The notes under the pieces were generated by a model. It made no database searches. It saw only the letters and a list, made by a program, of their open reading frames with translations, and was not told the DNA's origin. This document shows positions 45,039 through 54,286 of a DNA stretch of 64,000 nt, one piece after another. The stretch is taken from assembly GCA_007121015.1 (NCBI GenBank), contig SKMN01000048.1, positions 1,666-65,665 on the forward strand, in the 5' to 3' direction. The stretch's first letter is position 1; each line of letters opens with the position of its first letter. The position numbers and the translations under genes were made by a program. This DNA comes from Coriobacteriia bacterium (GTDB taxonomy: Bacteria > Actinomycetota > Coriobacteriia > Anaerosomatales > SLCP01).

Positions 45039-46562
45039 TCATCGGGATCCCGCCAGTGATTCGGCCGCAAGGCGGGCGAGCGAGAGTGCGGACCCATCGG
45101 CGAACGCGGCGATCCCGAGTAGCGCCGTGATCGCGGTGAGCGCGACTATCGGCGCGAGCATGGACGGTGCGGCCTCGTTCCCGGGTCGGGCCGGGGCGAG
45201 CGACCCCTCGCGCTCCTCGGACGGCTCGCCGAGATACGCGATGCGCACTACCGGTAGCAGGTAGACGGCGGCGAGCGCGGCCCCGCCGAGAAGGACCACA
45301 AGGTAACCTCCCGCGCCCGCATCGAGCATGCCGTAGCCGAGGACCCACTTGCTCACGAAGCCCGCCAGCGGCGGGATGCCGATCAAGGCGAGAGCGGAGA
45401 GAGTGAACGCAGCCATCGTCACCGGGAACCGCCGCGCGATCCCTCCCATCTGGCTTACCCGCGTGATGCCCGCGTTTCGTGCGAGCAGCCCGGCGCACAG
45501 GAAGAGACACCCCTTCATGGACGCGTGGTTGGTGATGTGCACGAGTGCGCCTGTCAGCGGGCCGGGTGCGAGCAGGGACGCTCCGAGTGTGATGTATGCC
45601 ATCTGGCTGACCGTCGAATACGCTAGCCGTCGCTTGAGGTCGTCCTGTTTGATGGCGACCACTGCGGCGGAGATCGCCGTGAAGGCCGCAACGGCAGCGA
45701 GCCCGCGGTCGATGGCCAGGACAGCGAGCCATCGCGCTCCCACGACCTCGTAGACGACACGCACGATCCCGAAGGTGCCGGCGGCGACCATGACACCCGA
45801 CAGTGCCGCCGAGAACGGTGCGGGAGCGGCCGGGTGGGCATCGGCCACCCACCCGTGAAGCGGGAAGAGGGCAGCCTTCACCCCGAACCCGGCGATCAGC
45901 AGGAGGGCGGCGCCCGTGGCGGTGGTCGGAGGGGTGCCTGGTCCGAGTACGCCGCCGGCCGCGAAATCGGCAGCGCCCGAGGCGGAGAAGGCGAGGGCGC
46001 CGCCCATCACGAGCAAGCTCCCGCCGGCCGCGATGTAGACGATGTACTTGCGGGCCGCGGCGATCGCGCTGGAGGTGCCCTCGTGCACTATAAGAGCATA
46101 GGACATGATCGAGAAGAGTTCGTAGAAGGCGAGGAAAGTGATCAGGTCCCCGGCGTACGCGACACCCATCAGGCCCGCGAGACAGAGCATCGAGAACGTA
46201 TGGTATCGGCCTGCGTACCGGTCGTCGCGCAGGTAGCCGACGGAGAACACGAATATGAACGACCACAGCACCGCAACGCTCAGTCCGAAGAGAGCGCCTG
46301 CCGCGTCCACGCGGAGCGACAGGTACACGTCTGGCATCAGCCGGACCAGACGTATCTCGTGCGAGGACCCTGCGAGCACGCCGCGGACGAGTATCGCCGC
46401 GAACAGCGCCGAGGCGACGGGCGCGGTGCCGAGCAGGAGGAAGCGCCCACGTCGTGGCAGCCGACCGTAGAGCAGGGAGAGGCACGCTGCGGCGAGGGGA
46501 AGGAGAACCGCCCACAGCGCGGGTGATAGGAGGCTGTTCGAATGGACGGACATCCTAGTCAC
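45039..46562 (-). CDS. MrpD/NuoM/N-like antiporter-type subunit (third copy)
   Basis: It has AFYELFSIMSY, HGWVADAHPAAPAPFSAALSGVMVAAG and HITNHASMKGCLFLCAG. Confidence 0.85.
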   Translation of the reverse strand: MTRMSVHSNSLLSPALWAVLLPLAAACLSLLYGRLPRRGRFLLLGTAPVASALFAAILVRGVLAGSSHEIRLVRLMPDVYLSLRVDAAGALFGLSVAVLWSFIFVFSVGYLRDDRYAGRYHTFSMLCLAGLMGVAYAGDLITFLAFYELFSIMSYALIVHEGTSSAIAAARKYIVYIAAGGSLLVMGGALAFSASGAADFAAGGVLGPGTPPTTATGAALLLIAGFGVKAALFPLHGWVADAHPAAPAPFSAALSGVMVAAGTFGIVRVVYEVVGARWLAVLAIDRGLAAVAAFTAISAAVVAIKQDDLKRRLAYSTVSQMAYITLGASLLAPGPLTGALVHITNHASMKGCLFLCAGLLARNAGITRVSQMGGIARRFPVTMAAFTLSALALIGIPPLAGFVSKWVLGYGMLDAGAGGYLVVLLGGAALAAVYLLPVVRIAYLGEPSEEREGSLAPARPGNEAAPSMLAPIVALTAITALLGIAAFADGSALSLARLAAESLAGSR

Positions 46563-46565
46563 CCC

Positions 46566-48047
46566 CTACATCCCGAACGCCTGCGCGACGGCGGTCCGAG
46601 CGATCGACAGCGGCATGCCCGGCAGGTCGCTTACGAGGCCGAGCAGTATCACGAGGACGGCGCAGACGAGTGTCGGGTAGAGCAGCGACGGGCGGGCCTC
46701 GCCCAGCGTCGGTTCCTCGGACACCGGCTTGAAGAAGGCGAGATAGAGCATCGGGAACCAGTACGCGGCGTTCAGCAGCGCGCTCGCGGCCATGACGAGT
46801 GCTACCCACCACATCCCGGAGTCGAACCCGCCGACCGACATATGCCACTTGCTGATGAAGCCCGCAAGCAGCGGCATCCCCGTGAAGCCGAGCGCCGCCA
46901 CCCCGAAGGCGCCCATCGTCGCGGGCATCCGCCGTCCGATGCCGCTCATCTCACTGATGTTCGTCTTGCCGGTGGTCCGCTGTATCGCGCCGGCGGCGAA
47001 GAACATGGTCACCTTCTGCACCGCCTGGTTCGCGATGTGGACGACGGCCGCGACCGCTGCCCAGGGATTGAGTAGTGCGATGCCGAGAAGCACGTACGAG
47101 AGCTGGCTGACGGTCGAGTACGCGAGTCTTCGCTTGAGGTTGTCTTGCAGCAAGGCCATCACCGATGCGGCGATGATGGTGAATGCGGCGAGATAGGCCA
47201 GGGCGTCCGGGAGCCAGGTCTGTCGCAAGAGCTCGACGCCGAAGACATCGTGCACGGTGCGCACCACGCCGAACGCCCCTGCCTTGACGACCGCGACCGC
47301 GTGAAGTAGCGCGCTGACGGGTGTGGGCGCGACCATCGCTCGTGGCAGCCAGCCGTGGAGCGGCATGATCGCCGCCTTCACGCCGAACCCGAGCGTCAGC
47401 ATGACGAAGAGTATCGCAAGCACCGCGGGTGTCGTGTCTGGCGGCACGATGCCGTTGTGGCCGAACGCGAGGACGCCGTCCGACACGACGTAGGTCATCG
47501 CTATGCCGAGGAGTATCACGCCGCCGCCGGTGAGGGTGTAGGTGAAGTACGTGCGCCCGGCTCTCAGCGCCTCCGGCGTCTCGTCGTGGACCACGAGGGG
47601 GTAGGCGCTGATGGTGAGGACCTCGTAGAAGATGAAGAGGGTGAGCAGGTTCTCGGCGAGAGCCAGGGCGACCGTAGCGGAGACGCATAAGGCGAAGAAA
47701 CCGAAGAAGCGGCCCAGTGACCGCTCGCCCTTCATGTAGCCGATCGAATACACGGTCGCCACGACCCACAGCAGTGACGACACGGTCGCGAACGCCATCC
47801 CGAGGGCATCGGCACGGAACCCTATGCCGATGCCCGGCGCGAACTCGGCAAAACGGAAGGTGTAGGCGACGCCTCCCACGGTACCGGGAAGCATGGAGGC
47901 AACGATGATGAACTTGAGGAGCGCGGCGCTCATGCTCCAGAAGCGCCGCCAGCCCGCTCTGCTCCCGCCGATGAAGACGAGCAGTGCGCATACGAAGGAG
48001 ACCATCGGCGCGAGAGCCGGACGTATGTCCCACACCTCGACGGGCAT
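46566..48047 (-). CDS. MrpD/NuoM/N-like antiporter-type subunit (second copy)
   Basis: It has IFYEVLTISAY, HGWLPRAMVAPTPVSALLHAVAVVKAG and HIANQAVQKVTMFFAAG. Confidence 0.85.
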   Translation of the reverse strand: MPVEVWDIRPALAPMVSFVCALLVFIGGSRAGWRRFWSMSAALLKFIIVASMLPGTVGGVAYTFRFAEFAPGIGIGFRADALGMAFATVSSLLWVVATVYSIGYMKGERSLGRFFGFFALCVSATVALALAENLLTLFIFYEVLTISAYPLVVHDETPEALRAGRTYFTYTLTGGGVILLGIAMTYVVSDGVLAFGHNGIVPPDTTPAVLAILFVMLTLGFGVKAAIMPLHGWLPRAMVAPTPVSALLHAVAVVKAGAFGVVRTVHDVFGVELLRQTWLPDALAYLAAFTIIAASVMALLQDNLKRRLAYSTVSQLSYVLLGIALLNPWAAVAAVVHIANQAVQKVTMFFAAGAIQRTTGKTNISEMSGIGRRMPATMGAFGVAALGFTGMPLLAGFISKWHMSVGGFDSGMWWVALVMAASALLNAAYWFPMLYLAFFKPVSEEPTLGEARPSLLYPTLVCAVLVILLGLVSDLPGMPLSIARTAVAQAFGM

Positions 48048-49535
48048 CTAGCCTCCCCCCAGAAGCCGCATCACCCCGGGAAGGGCGATGCCGATCGGCA
48101 CCTGGGCGATGAGGCCCAGCGCCAGTGACGCACCCGAAAGAAGGACCACGGGGGCGAGCATATCGAGGGGCGGATCGACCGCTCTCTCGACCTCCTCGTG
48201 CACGGCGGGACGGAAGTAGAACGCGTTGACGATCCGGAGGTAGTAGATGAGCATCACGAGTGCACTGAAGACGAGCGTCGCGGCCAGGAGCGGACGGGCT
48301 GCGGCCACCGCTCCGACCGCCAGATACCACTTCGTCACGAATCCCGCAGTGGGCGGGACGCCGACGACGGATATCACGGCGACGGAGAGGGCACCGACGG
48401 TGATGGGCATGCGCCGTCCTATCCCGCGGAGGTCCGACACCGTGCGATACCCCGTCCGAAAGGTCAGTGCGCCGAGGGCGAGGAACAGCGCCGCCTTGAT
48501 GACCGCGTGATTGAAGATGTGTATCGATGCACCGGTGAGCCCGCTCTCGTTGAATAATCCCAGTCCGACGGCGATGTAGCCGATGTTGGAAACGGTCGAG
48601 TAGGCCAGCATGAGCTTGATGTCGTCTTGGATGAGTGCGAGGACCGCGCCGAACACGATCGCTATGGCGCCAAGGGTCGAAAGTCCCATGTTGAACGTGG
48701 GCAGATCGACGCCGCCGGCTCCCTGGAAGATATCGTAGGTCCGGATCAGGCCCACGATCCCCATCTTGACCACGAGTCCGGACAGGATCGCGCTCACAGG
48801 ACTTGGCGCGGCGGCGTGCGCGTCGGGTAGCCACAGGTGGAGTGGGAAGACGGCAGCTTTGGTCATGAAGCCGAGGGCGAGCGCCCCGAATGCAAGCACG
48901 ACTGGACGGTGTGGCACGCCGTCCGCGAGGCGATACGCCATATCGGCCATGTTGAGCGTTCCCGTCAGCTGGTAGAGCAGGCCGATCGAGAAGAGCACGA
49001 GCAGCGACGAGAACGCACCCATGACGAGGTACCTGAACGACGCCGCGGCCGCGACCTTCTGCTTGCCGTACGCGACCAGCGCGTAGGCCGACAGCGAGAA
49101 CAGCTCCATGAACACGAAGAGGTTGAAGAGGTCGCCGGTGAACGAGAAGCCGAGGAGACCCCCGAGGTTGATCAGCAAGAGCGCGTCGTAGGGGCCTCGG
49201 CGCGCCGCTTCGACCGCGTGGCGCGAGTACCGGACGCCGTAGAAGACCACCAGGGCGAACACAGGGGCGGCGAGTCCGACGAGGGCCCCGAACTGGTCTG
49301 CCCTCAGCTCGATCCCCCACGGAGCCAGCCACCCTCCGAGGTGGTGGGAGAAGGGGCCGACGTGCGAGACCCTCACGCTCACCATGAATGCGCCGGCACA
49401 CGTCACCGTCGTCACGAGTAGGGTCCACGCGGTCGCCACCCGGTCCGAGATCCGATGGAGTGGAAGGCACAGGGCTGCGCCTGTCACCGGGAGCGCAAGC
49501 ACGCTCACGAGGAGCTGTCCCGGCCACTCGCTCAT
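48048..49535 (-). CDS. MrpD/NuoM/N-like antiporter-type subunit (first copy)
   Basis: It has FMELFSLSAY, HLWLPDAHAAAPSPVSAILSGLVVKMG and HIFNHAVIKAALFLALG. The start overlaps the mnhC stop (ATGA). Confidence 0.88.
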   Translation of the reverse strand: MSEWPGQLLVSVLALPVTGAALCLPLHRISDRVATAWTLLVTTVTCAGAFMVSVRVSHVGPFSHHLGGWLAPWGIELRADQFGALVGLAAPVFALVVFYGVRYSRHAVEAARRGPYDALLLINLGGLLGFSFTGDLFNLFVFMELFSLSAYALVAYGKQKVAAAASFRYLVMGAFSSLLVLFSIGLLYQLTGTLNMADMAYRLADGVPHRPVVLAFGALALGFMTKAAVFPLHLWLPDAHAAAPSPVSAILSGLVVKMGIVGLIRTYDIFQGAGGVDLPTFNMGLSTLGAIAIVFGAVLALIQDDIKLMLAYSTVSNIGYIAVGLGLFNESGLTGASIHIFNHAVIKAALFLALGALTFRTGYRTVSDLRGIGRRMPITVGALSVAVISVVGVPPTAGFVTKWYLAVGAVAAARPLLAATLVFSALVMLIYYLRIVNAFYFRPAVHEEVERAVDPPLDMLAPVVLLSGASLALGLIAQVPIGIALPGVMRLLGGG

Positions 49536-49882
49536 CGGCCGCCCCGCAACTCATCGGCTTCGATGGTGCCATGCTCGGCGTGTATCCGCGTGACGAGGCT
49601 GAGCGCGAGTGCCGTGACGCTGACCGCGACGACGATGCCCACGAGCACGATCGTCTGGGAGACCGGGTCGTGGTAGGGGGACGTCGTGTCCTGCGTCACG
49701 AGTGGCGGACTGCCGTCTCGGGCAAGACCGCCCGTGATGATGAATATGAAGACGGCCGTCTCCATGATGTTGAGTCCGATGATCTTCTTGATGAGGTTGC
49801 TCTTCGCCACGAGGGCGTAGAGGCCTATCAGGAAAAGGATGATGGCGAGGACGTAGTCGGCCCTGTCGAGCAACATCGTCAT
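49532..49882 (-). CDS. mnhC: Na+/H+ antiporter subunit C (MnhC/MrpC, NuoK-like)
   Basis: It has LAIILFLIGLYALVAKSNLIKKIIGLNIMETAVFIFII. The internal ATG overlaps the mnhB stop. Confidence 0.85.
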   Translation of the reverse strand: MTMLLDRADYVLAIILFLIGLYALVAKSNLIKKIIGLNIMETAVFIFIITGGLARDGSPPLVTQDTTSPYHDPVSQTIVLVGIVVAVSVTALALSLVTRIHAEHGTIEADELRGGR

Positions 49883-50589
49883 GCGCGTCCCTCCATCGAC
49901 CAGAACACCGATGCGATGATGGCCGCGCTTGCCGCGCCGATTCCCGCCTCGATGAACAGCATCAGCCACTCTCGCGCCCACGGGAGGGCGGCCGTAGAGG
50001 GGTACGCGAACACTCCGGCGCCAGTGAGGGGTCCGATGGCTGCGAAGAGGAGGAACACCACCATCGCCGCCCCGTGCAGCCACGCCGCGACGTGCTCGGG
50101 CAGGAACTCTCGGGCATGGTCCGAGCCCACGCCGAGAGAGAGGGATATCGCCGCAGCACCAAGGATCACCCCACCCTGGAACGCACCGCCCGGGCCGGCA
50201 TGGCCGGAAAGGACCAGGTAGGTTCCGAAGATCACGATCGCCGGCACCGTGCGGCCGACGACGTAGCCGGTCACCTGTCCAGGGGCGGCCCGGTCGTGGT
50301 GTCCGCCGGAGCCGGACCGGTCCCGCGGGGGGAGGACGGCGAGCACACCGGCGAGTGCGGTGAAGATGACCGCCGCCTCGCCAAAGGTGTCGAAGAGGCG
50401 GTACTCGAGAAGCACGGCCTTGACGATGTTCGTGGTACCGACCTCTTCTGCCCCCTGTTCGAGGTAGTGCTGTGAGACGTGCGAGCGGAACGGCATCTCG
50501 GGAGAGCCCGGGGCGGGCAGTTCGACGACTGCTGACAGCAGCATGACCGCCAGCAACGCGAGCAGGAGGAGTGTCGCAAGCCGTCTCAT
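49879..50589 (-). CDS. mnhB: MnhB/MrpB-domain subunit (MbhE/F-like)
   Basis: It has NIVKAVLLEYRLFDTFGEAAVIF and GHAGPGGAFQGGVILGAA. The ATG overlaps the upstream stop (ATGA). Confidence 0.8.
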   Translation of the reverse strand: MRRLATLLLLALLAVMLLSAVVELPAPGSPEMPFRSHVSQHYLEQGAEEVGTTNIVKAVLLEYRLFDTFGEAAVIFTALAGVLAVLPPRDRSGSGGHHDRAAPGQVTGYVVGRTVPAIVIFGTYLVLSGHAGPGGAFQGGVILGAAAISLSLGVGSDHAREFLPEHVAAWLHGAAMVVFLLFAAIGPLTGAGVFAYPSTAALPWAREWLMLFIEAGIGAASAAIIASVFWSMEGRA

Positions 50590-50828
50590 CGTTCTTCTCG
50601 CTCGGTCCGTTCGATGGCGAGTAGGAACAAGACAGTGGTCACGCCGGCCCCCACGGCCGCCTCGGCCAAGGCCACGTCGGGTGCGCCTCGGAATTGCCAT
50701 AAGACCGAGAGCACGAGTCCGTAGACGGCGAACACGACCACGGATGTCGTGAGGGCCTTCGCGCTCACCGCGAACACGGCTGTCGTGATCAACAGGACGA
50801 ACAGGAGCACATCGAGAGCCTCGGTCAC
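50586..50828 (-). CDS. DUF4040 protein (MrpA C-terminal-region / MbhD-like subunit)
   Basis: It has GAPDVALAEAAVGAGVTTVLFLLAI. Its GTG overlaps the mnhG stop (GTGA). Confidence 0.72.
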   Translation of the reverse strand: MTEALDVLLFVLLITTAVFAVSAKALTTSVVVFAVYGLVLSVLWQFRGAPDVALAEAAVGAGVTTVLFLLAIERTEREER

Positions 50829-51142
50829 TGGTCTCGCCTCCAGGGTACGATGCCGATGCGATACGACGCGCGTGCCAGTGCATGGCCGGATGTCGGGCTG
50901 TAGACCGCGATGAGCGCAAGCAGCGCAACGAGCTTGAGCGTCTGTGGATCGATCCCTTGTCTGAGTATGAGCGCCACGATGAGCAGTCCCGCGCCGAGCG
51001 TGTCGCACTTCGTTGCGGCGTGGGTCCTACAGTAGAAGTCCGGGAAGCGAAGGAGCCCGACCGTGCCGGCCACGAAGAAGAACGTGCCGAGGCACGCGAG
51101 TACCAGGGACATCATCTCGACGATCACGGAGACATCCGTCAT
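50825..51142 (-). CDS. mnhG: Na+/H+ antiporter subunit G (MnhG/MrpG)
   Basis: It has GTVGLLRFPDFYCRTHAATKCDTLGAGL. Confidence 0.85.
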   Translation of the reverse strand: MTDVSVIVEMMSLVLACLGTFFFVAGTVGLLRFPDFYCRTHAATKCDTLGAGLLIVALILRQGIDPQTLKLVALLALIAVYSPTSGHALARASYRIGIVPWRRDQ

Positions 51143-51414
51143 CGCGGGTTCCCTTTCAATCGTCCGGTCTCCAGCATCCGTGAGGCCGCCAGGGCGATCA
51201 CGTAGTTCAGCAGTCCGTAGACGATCGCCACGTCCGCGAACATCTCGCGGTCGAACGCGTGAGCGATGAGCGCGAGCAGCACGAGGGTCTTGGTGCCCAC
51301 CACGTTCACCGCGAGGAGCCTGTCAGGCAGCGTGGGACCGAGCGCCACTCGCAGCAGACAGAGGAGTGCATTCGCAAGCAGGATGACTGCGAGCACCTGT
51401 AGTACGGGGAACAT
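51139..51414 (-). CDS. mnhF: Na+/H+ antiporter subunit F (MnhF/MrpF)
   Basis: It has LLCLLRVALGPTLPDRLLAVNVVGTKTLVLLAL...DVAIVYGLLNYV. Confidence 0.85.
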   Translation of the reverse strand: MFPVLQVLAVILLANALLCLLRVALGPTLPDRLLAVNVVGTKTLVLLALIAHAFDREMFADVAIVYGLLNYVIALAASRMLETGRLKGNPR

Positions 51415-51417
51415 CGC

Positions 51418-51909
51418 TCACTCTTCCAGGGCTTGTGCGATCCGGTATTCGATGCGTCCTTCTTCGAGGGCGTCGGCGAAACGCTCGGACAAGCAGTGCA
51501 CGAGAACGGTGCCGTCGTCTGAGTCGAGTGCCAAGGTACCCGGGGAGAGGGTGATAGTGTTGACGTACAGTGCCTGCGAGAGCGTGCGCGACAGGCCGGT
51601 GTCGCGCTCCACCACTCGGGGGGCGAACGACGGGTGTGGCCGCAGCGCGTCCCACGCCACCTGCACGCCCCCGGTGACGGTGCTCCATACGAGTGCCGCA
51701 GCGTGTCCGAGCAGTCCGAGAGCTCGGTGTGGCGTCAGCCGGGGTGCGCGCTCCGCCACCGTCAGGCGCGGGACCCACCGGGCGAGCGCCGCGCATACGA
51801 CGAGTCCGATGGTCACCTGTTCGATACTCGGGGTACCTACCAGCAACAGCCAGAAGGCCATGAGGACCGCCGATGTCCGGGCAAACCTCGCTCCGTTCAC
51901 GTCGCACAC
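51418..51909 (-). CDS. mnhE: Na+/H+ antiporter subunit E (MnhE/MrpE)
   Basis: It has FWLLLVGTPSIEQVTIGLVV...LYVNTITLSPGTLALDSDD. The start is uncertain because an internal Met is possible. Confidence 0.8.
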   Translation of the reverse strand: MCDVNGARFARTSAVLMAFWLLLVGTPSIEQVTIGLVVCAALARWVPRLTVAERAPRLTPHRALGLLGHAAALVWSTVTGGVQVAWDALRPHPSFAPRVVERDTGLSRTLSQALYVNTITLSPGTLALDSDDGTVLVHCLSERFADALEEGRIEYRIAQALEE

Positions 51910-51953
51910 TCCTTCCTGTCATCGTGACAGCCCCAACAGCCCCGATCGTCGGC

Positions 51954-54008
51954 TCAGATGTGGTCCCGAGGGACCGAGCTCTGCCAGGACTTGCAGAACA
52001 CGCGGGCCCCGTTGAGGTAGGCATCGAGGTCCGCCTGTATGTGGAAGGACTCCGGGTCGCAGCTGAGGGTCGTGTGGGTCACGGTGCGGACGTCCCAGCC
52101 GCTCCGGCTGAGTCCCCGGGTCGACAGCACCTCACCGGCGAGCGAGTCGAACTCATCGGCGACCGACGAGTACCACTCGGTCGTGGAGTCCTCGATCTCG
52201 AGATCAATCGATTCGAGGTAGTAGGTGCCCTCGTTCTTGATCACCTTGAGGGTCGAACGGTCCTCCTCGAGGTCTCTCGTCACGAGCCAGTTGTGTTGCG
52301 TCTCCGTGAGCTGCGTGACCGGGTCGGAGGGAGCCGCCTCAGCCACGTCGAACGGCCGGAGACGGGCATCCGATTCCTTTGGCGTGCGTACCGGCAGCGT
52401 GAGCGTGCTTGCTCCGGAGAAGATCGAGAGGCGCACGGGTCGGGGGGGCGCCCACGCGAGCGGCCAGTACGAGGTGGATACCGATATCCGGAGCCGGTGG
52501 CCGGCCGGAAAGACCTGGGCGACATCGTTGAGCTGGACATGGACGGTGTACGTGGTCCCGGGCTCGAGCGGCTCGGGGTGCTCGTGGCCGTTGCGATGGG
52601 TCAGGTTTAGCAGACCGTAGGTGACGCGGGTGGCCTTGTCGTCCGGTGCCACGTCGGAGAGGCGGACGGCCACCATGGCGACCGGCTCCTCGCTGATGAG
52701 AGAGAGTTCGACCACCGGGGCCCCCATGATCTCGAGCTGCCCGTCGAGGGGGATGCTCTCGAACACGAGTGCGCCGCCGTCCTCTTCTCGCTGGTCGTGG
52801 GGCAGGTCGGGTGTGGCGCTGTACGAGCACCACTTGCCTGCGAACAAGCCGACGGACAAGGGCGAGCGGACCGTCTTCATCTCGTGAGGCGCGGAAGCGG
52901 CATCCTCGACGGCTTCGGATGCTACGAGCGGCCAGTCGAGTGCGAAGGTGCGCTCTTCGATGTCTTCCGATGGCCAAGACGGCTCGGCCACCCAACGCCC
53001 GGAGCGGGAACGGTATCGGGTCGTAGGGGCCACACTGTCGAGCATCCACACACGGAGCATGTCCTCCTCCATGATCCCGGTGTCCTCACCCTTGAGCCAC
53101 TGGTCCCACCAGCGCAGACACTCTTGGAGGAAGCCGATGGCAGGGCCAGGTCTGCCCACGTGAGGATAGCGGTGGCTCCACGGGCCGATGAGCCCCTTCC
53201 GGGGCACGTCGAGTTCGCGCATGAGGCGGAAGACGGCGTTGGAATACCCGTCTGCCCAGCCGCTTGCGGCGAAGACCGGACACTCGATCGCGCGGAAGTC
53301 TTCGCACACCGAGCCGTGCTTCCAGTAGTCGTCACGCCGCTGGTGGCGCAGCCACGTCTCGAGCCACAGCCCGCTTCCCTGGAGCCGCTCGAACCACATT
53401 TCCCGCCATACATCGCCTACGACGAGCGGGTCCGGGGGTAGGGAGTTGTACGCGAACATCACCGAGGCCCACGAGAGGTTGTCGCCTAGCAGACAGCCGC
53501 CCATGTAGTGGACGTCGTCGGCGTAGCGGTCGTCCGTGGACGACAGGGTGATGATGGCACCGAGCTCAGGTGGTCTGCGAGCGGCGATCTGCAGGCCGTT
53601 GAAGCCGCCCCACGAGATGCCGATCATGCCGACCTTGCCGTTGCACCACGGCTGAGTCGCGATCCACGTCAGTATCTCCTCGCCGTCCTGGAGTTCCCGC
53701 TCCAGGTACTCGTCGGTCAGCACGCCCTCCGAGTCTCCACTGCCACGTATATCGACCCGCACACATGCGTAGCCGTGACCGGCGAAGTAGCGGTGCACGC
53801 CCTCATCCCGCGTCCTCTTCAAGTCTCGCTTGCGGTAGGGGATGTACTCGAGCACCGCCGGGACCGGATCGGTCTCGGCACCGTCGGGTATCCAGAGCCG
53901 AGCGGCGAGCCGGACCCCGTCGGACACGGGGATCCAGGTGTTCTCGATCTCCGAGAACCGGTACGGCAGCGAATCGTTGATGCGCATCGGTTGCCCCCGT
54001 TCCATCAC
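51954..54008 (-). CDS. CocE/NonD-family alpha/beta hydrolase (X-Pro dipeptidyl-peptidase S15-like)
   Basis: It has PVPAVLEYIPYRKRD, VRVDIRGSGDSEG, the nucleophile elbow GMIGISWGG and a C-terminal jelly-roll domain. Confidence 0.85.
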   Translation of the reverse strand: MMERGQPMRINDSLPYRFSEIENTWIPVSDGVRLAARLWIPDGAETDPVPAVLEYIPYRKRDLKRTRDEGVHRYFAGHGYACVRVDIRGSGDSEGVLTDEYLERELQDGEEILTWIATQPWCNGKVGMIGISWGGFNGLQIAARRPPELGAIITLSSTDDRYADDVHYMGGCLLGDNLSWASVMFAYNSLPPDPLVVGDVWREMWFERLQGSGLWLETWLRHQRRDDYWKHGSVCEDFRAIECPVFAASGWADGYSNAVFRLMRELDVPRKGLIGPWSHRYPHVGRPGPAIGFLQECLRWWDQWLKGEDTGIMEEDMLRVWMLDSVAPTTRYRSRSGRWVAEPSWPSEDIEERTFALDWPLVASEAVEDAASAPHEMKTVRSPLSVGLFAGKWCSYSATPDLPHDQREEDGGALVFESIPLDGQLEIMGAPVVELSLISEEPVAMVAVRLSDVAPDDKATRVTYGLLNLTHRNGHEHPEPLEPGTTYTVHVQLNDVAQVFPAGHRLRISVSTSYWPLAWAPPRPVRLSIFSGASTLTLPVRTPKESDARLRPFDVAEAAPSDPVTQLTETQHNWLVTRDLEEDRSTLKVIKNEGTYYLESIDLEIEDSTTEWYSSVADEFDSLAGEVLSTRGLSRSGWDVRTVTHTTLSCDPESFHIQADLDAYLNGARVFCKSWQSSVPRDHI

Positions 54009-54286
54009 TCCCGCCAGAGCACGTCGTGTCCCGGGTGATGCCGATGCGTATCGGCCGGCACGAGGGACGGCGACACATGTTCTGGCTTACGTCGCACGGA
54101 TACGATGACCTCTACGTATGTGTTAGTTCCCTTTCCGAGGATACGGGCCCGTGGGCGACGGTCCGCACGTCGGGTCCGCCCGGAGAGGGCTTCACGGAGA
54201 GCGCGGGACGGGAGGAGGCTCATGTTTGCCGAGCATCCGGAAGCGGTAAGCAAGAGGTATCCGTAACGCATCGATTGGAGTCCTCC

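Noticed and set aside
46951-49572. 873-aa minus-strand ORF, and the similar 501-aa ORF at 45010-46515, in alternative frames over the MrpD-like genes
   Set aside because: Both are off-frame translations (Arg/Pro/Gly/His-rich, no TM helices) of genes whose true frames carry the conserved proton-antiporter blocks.
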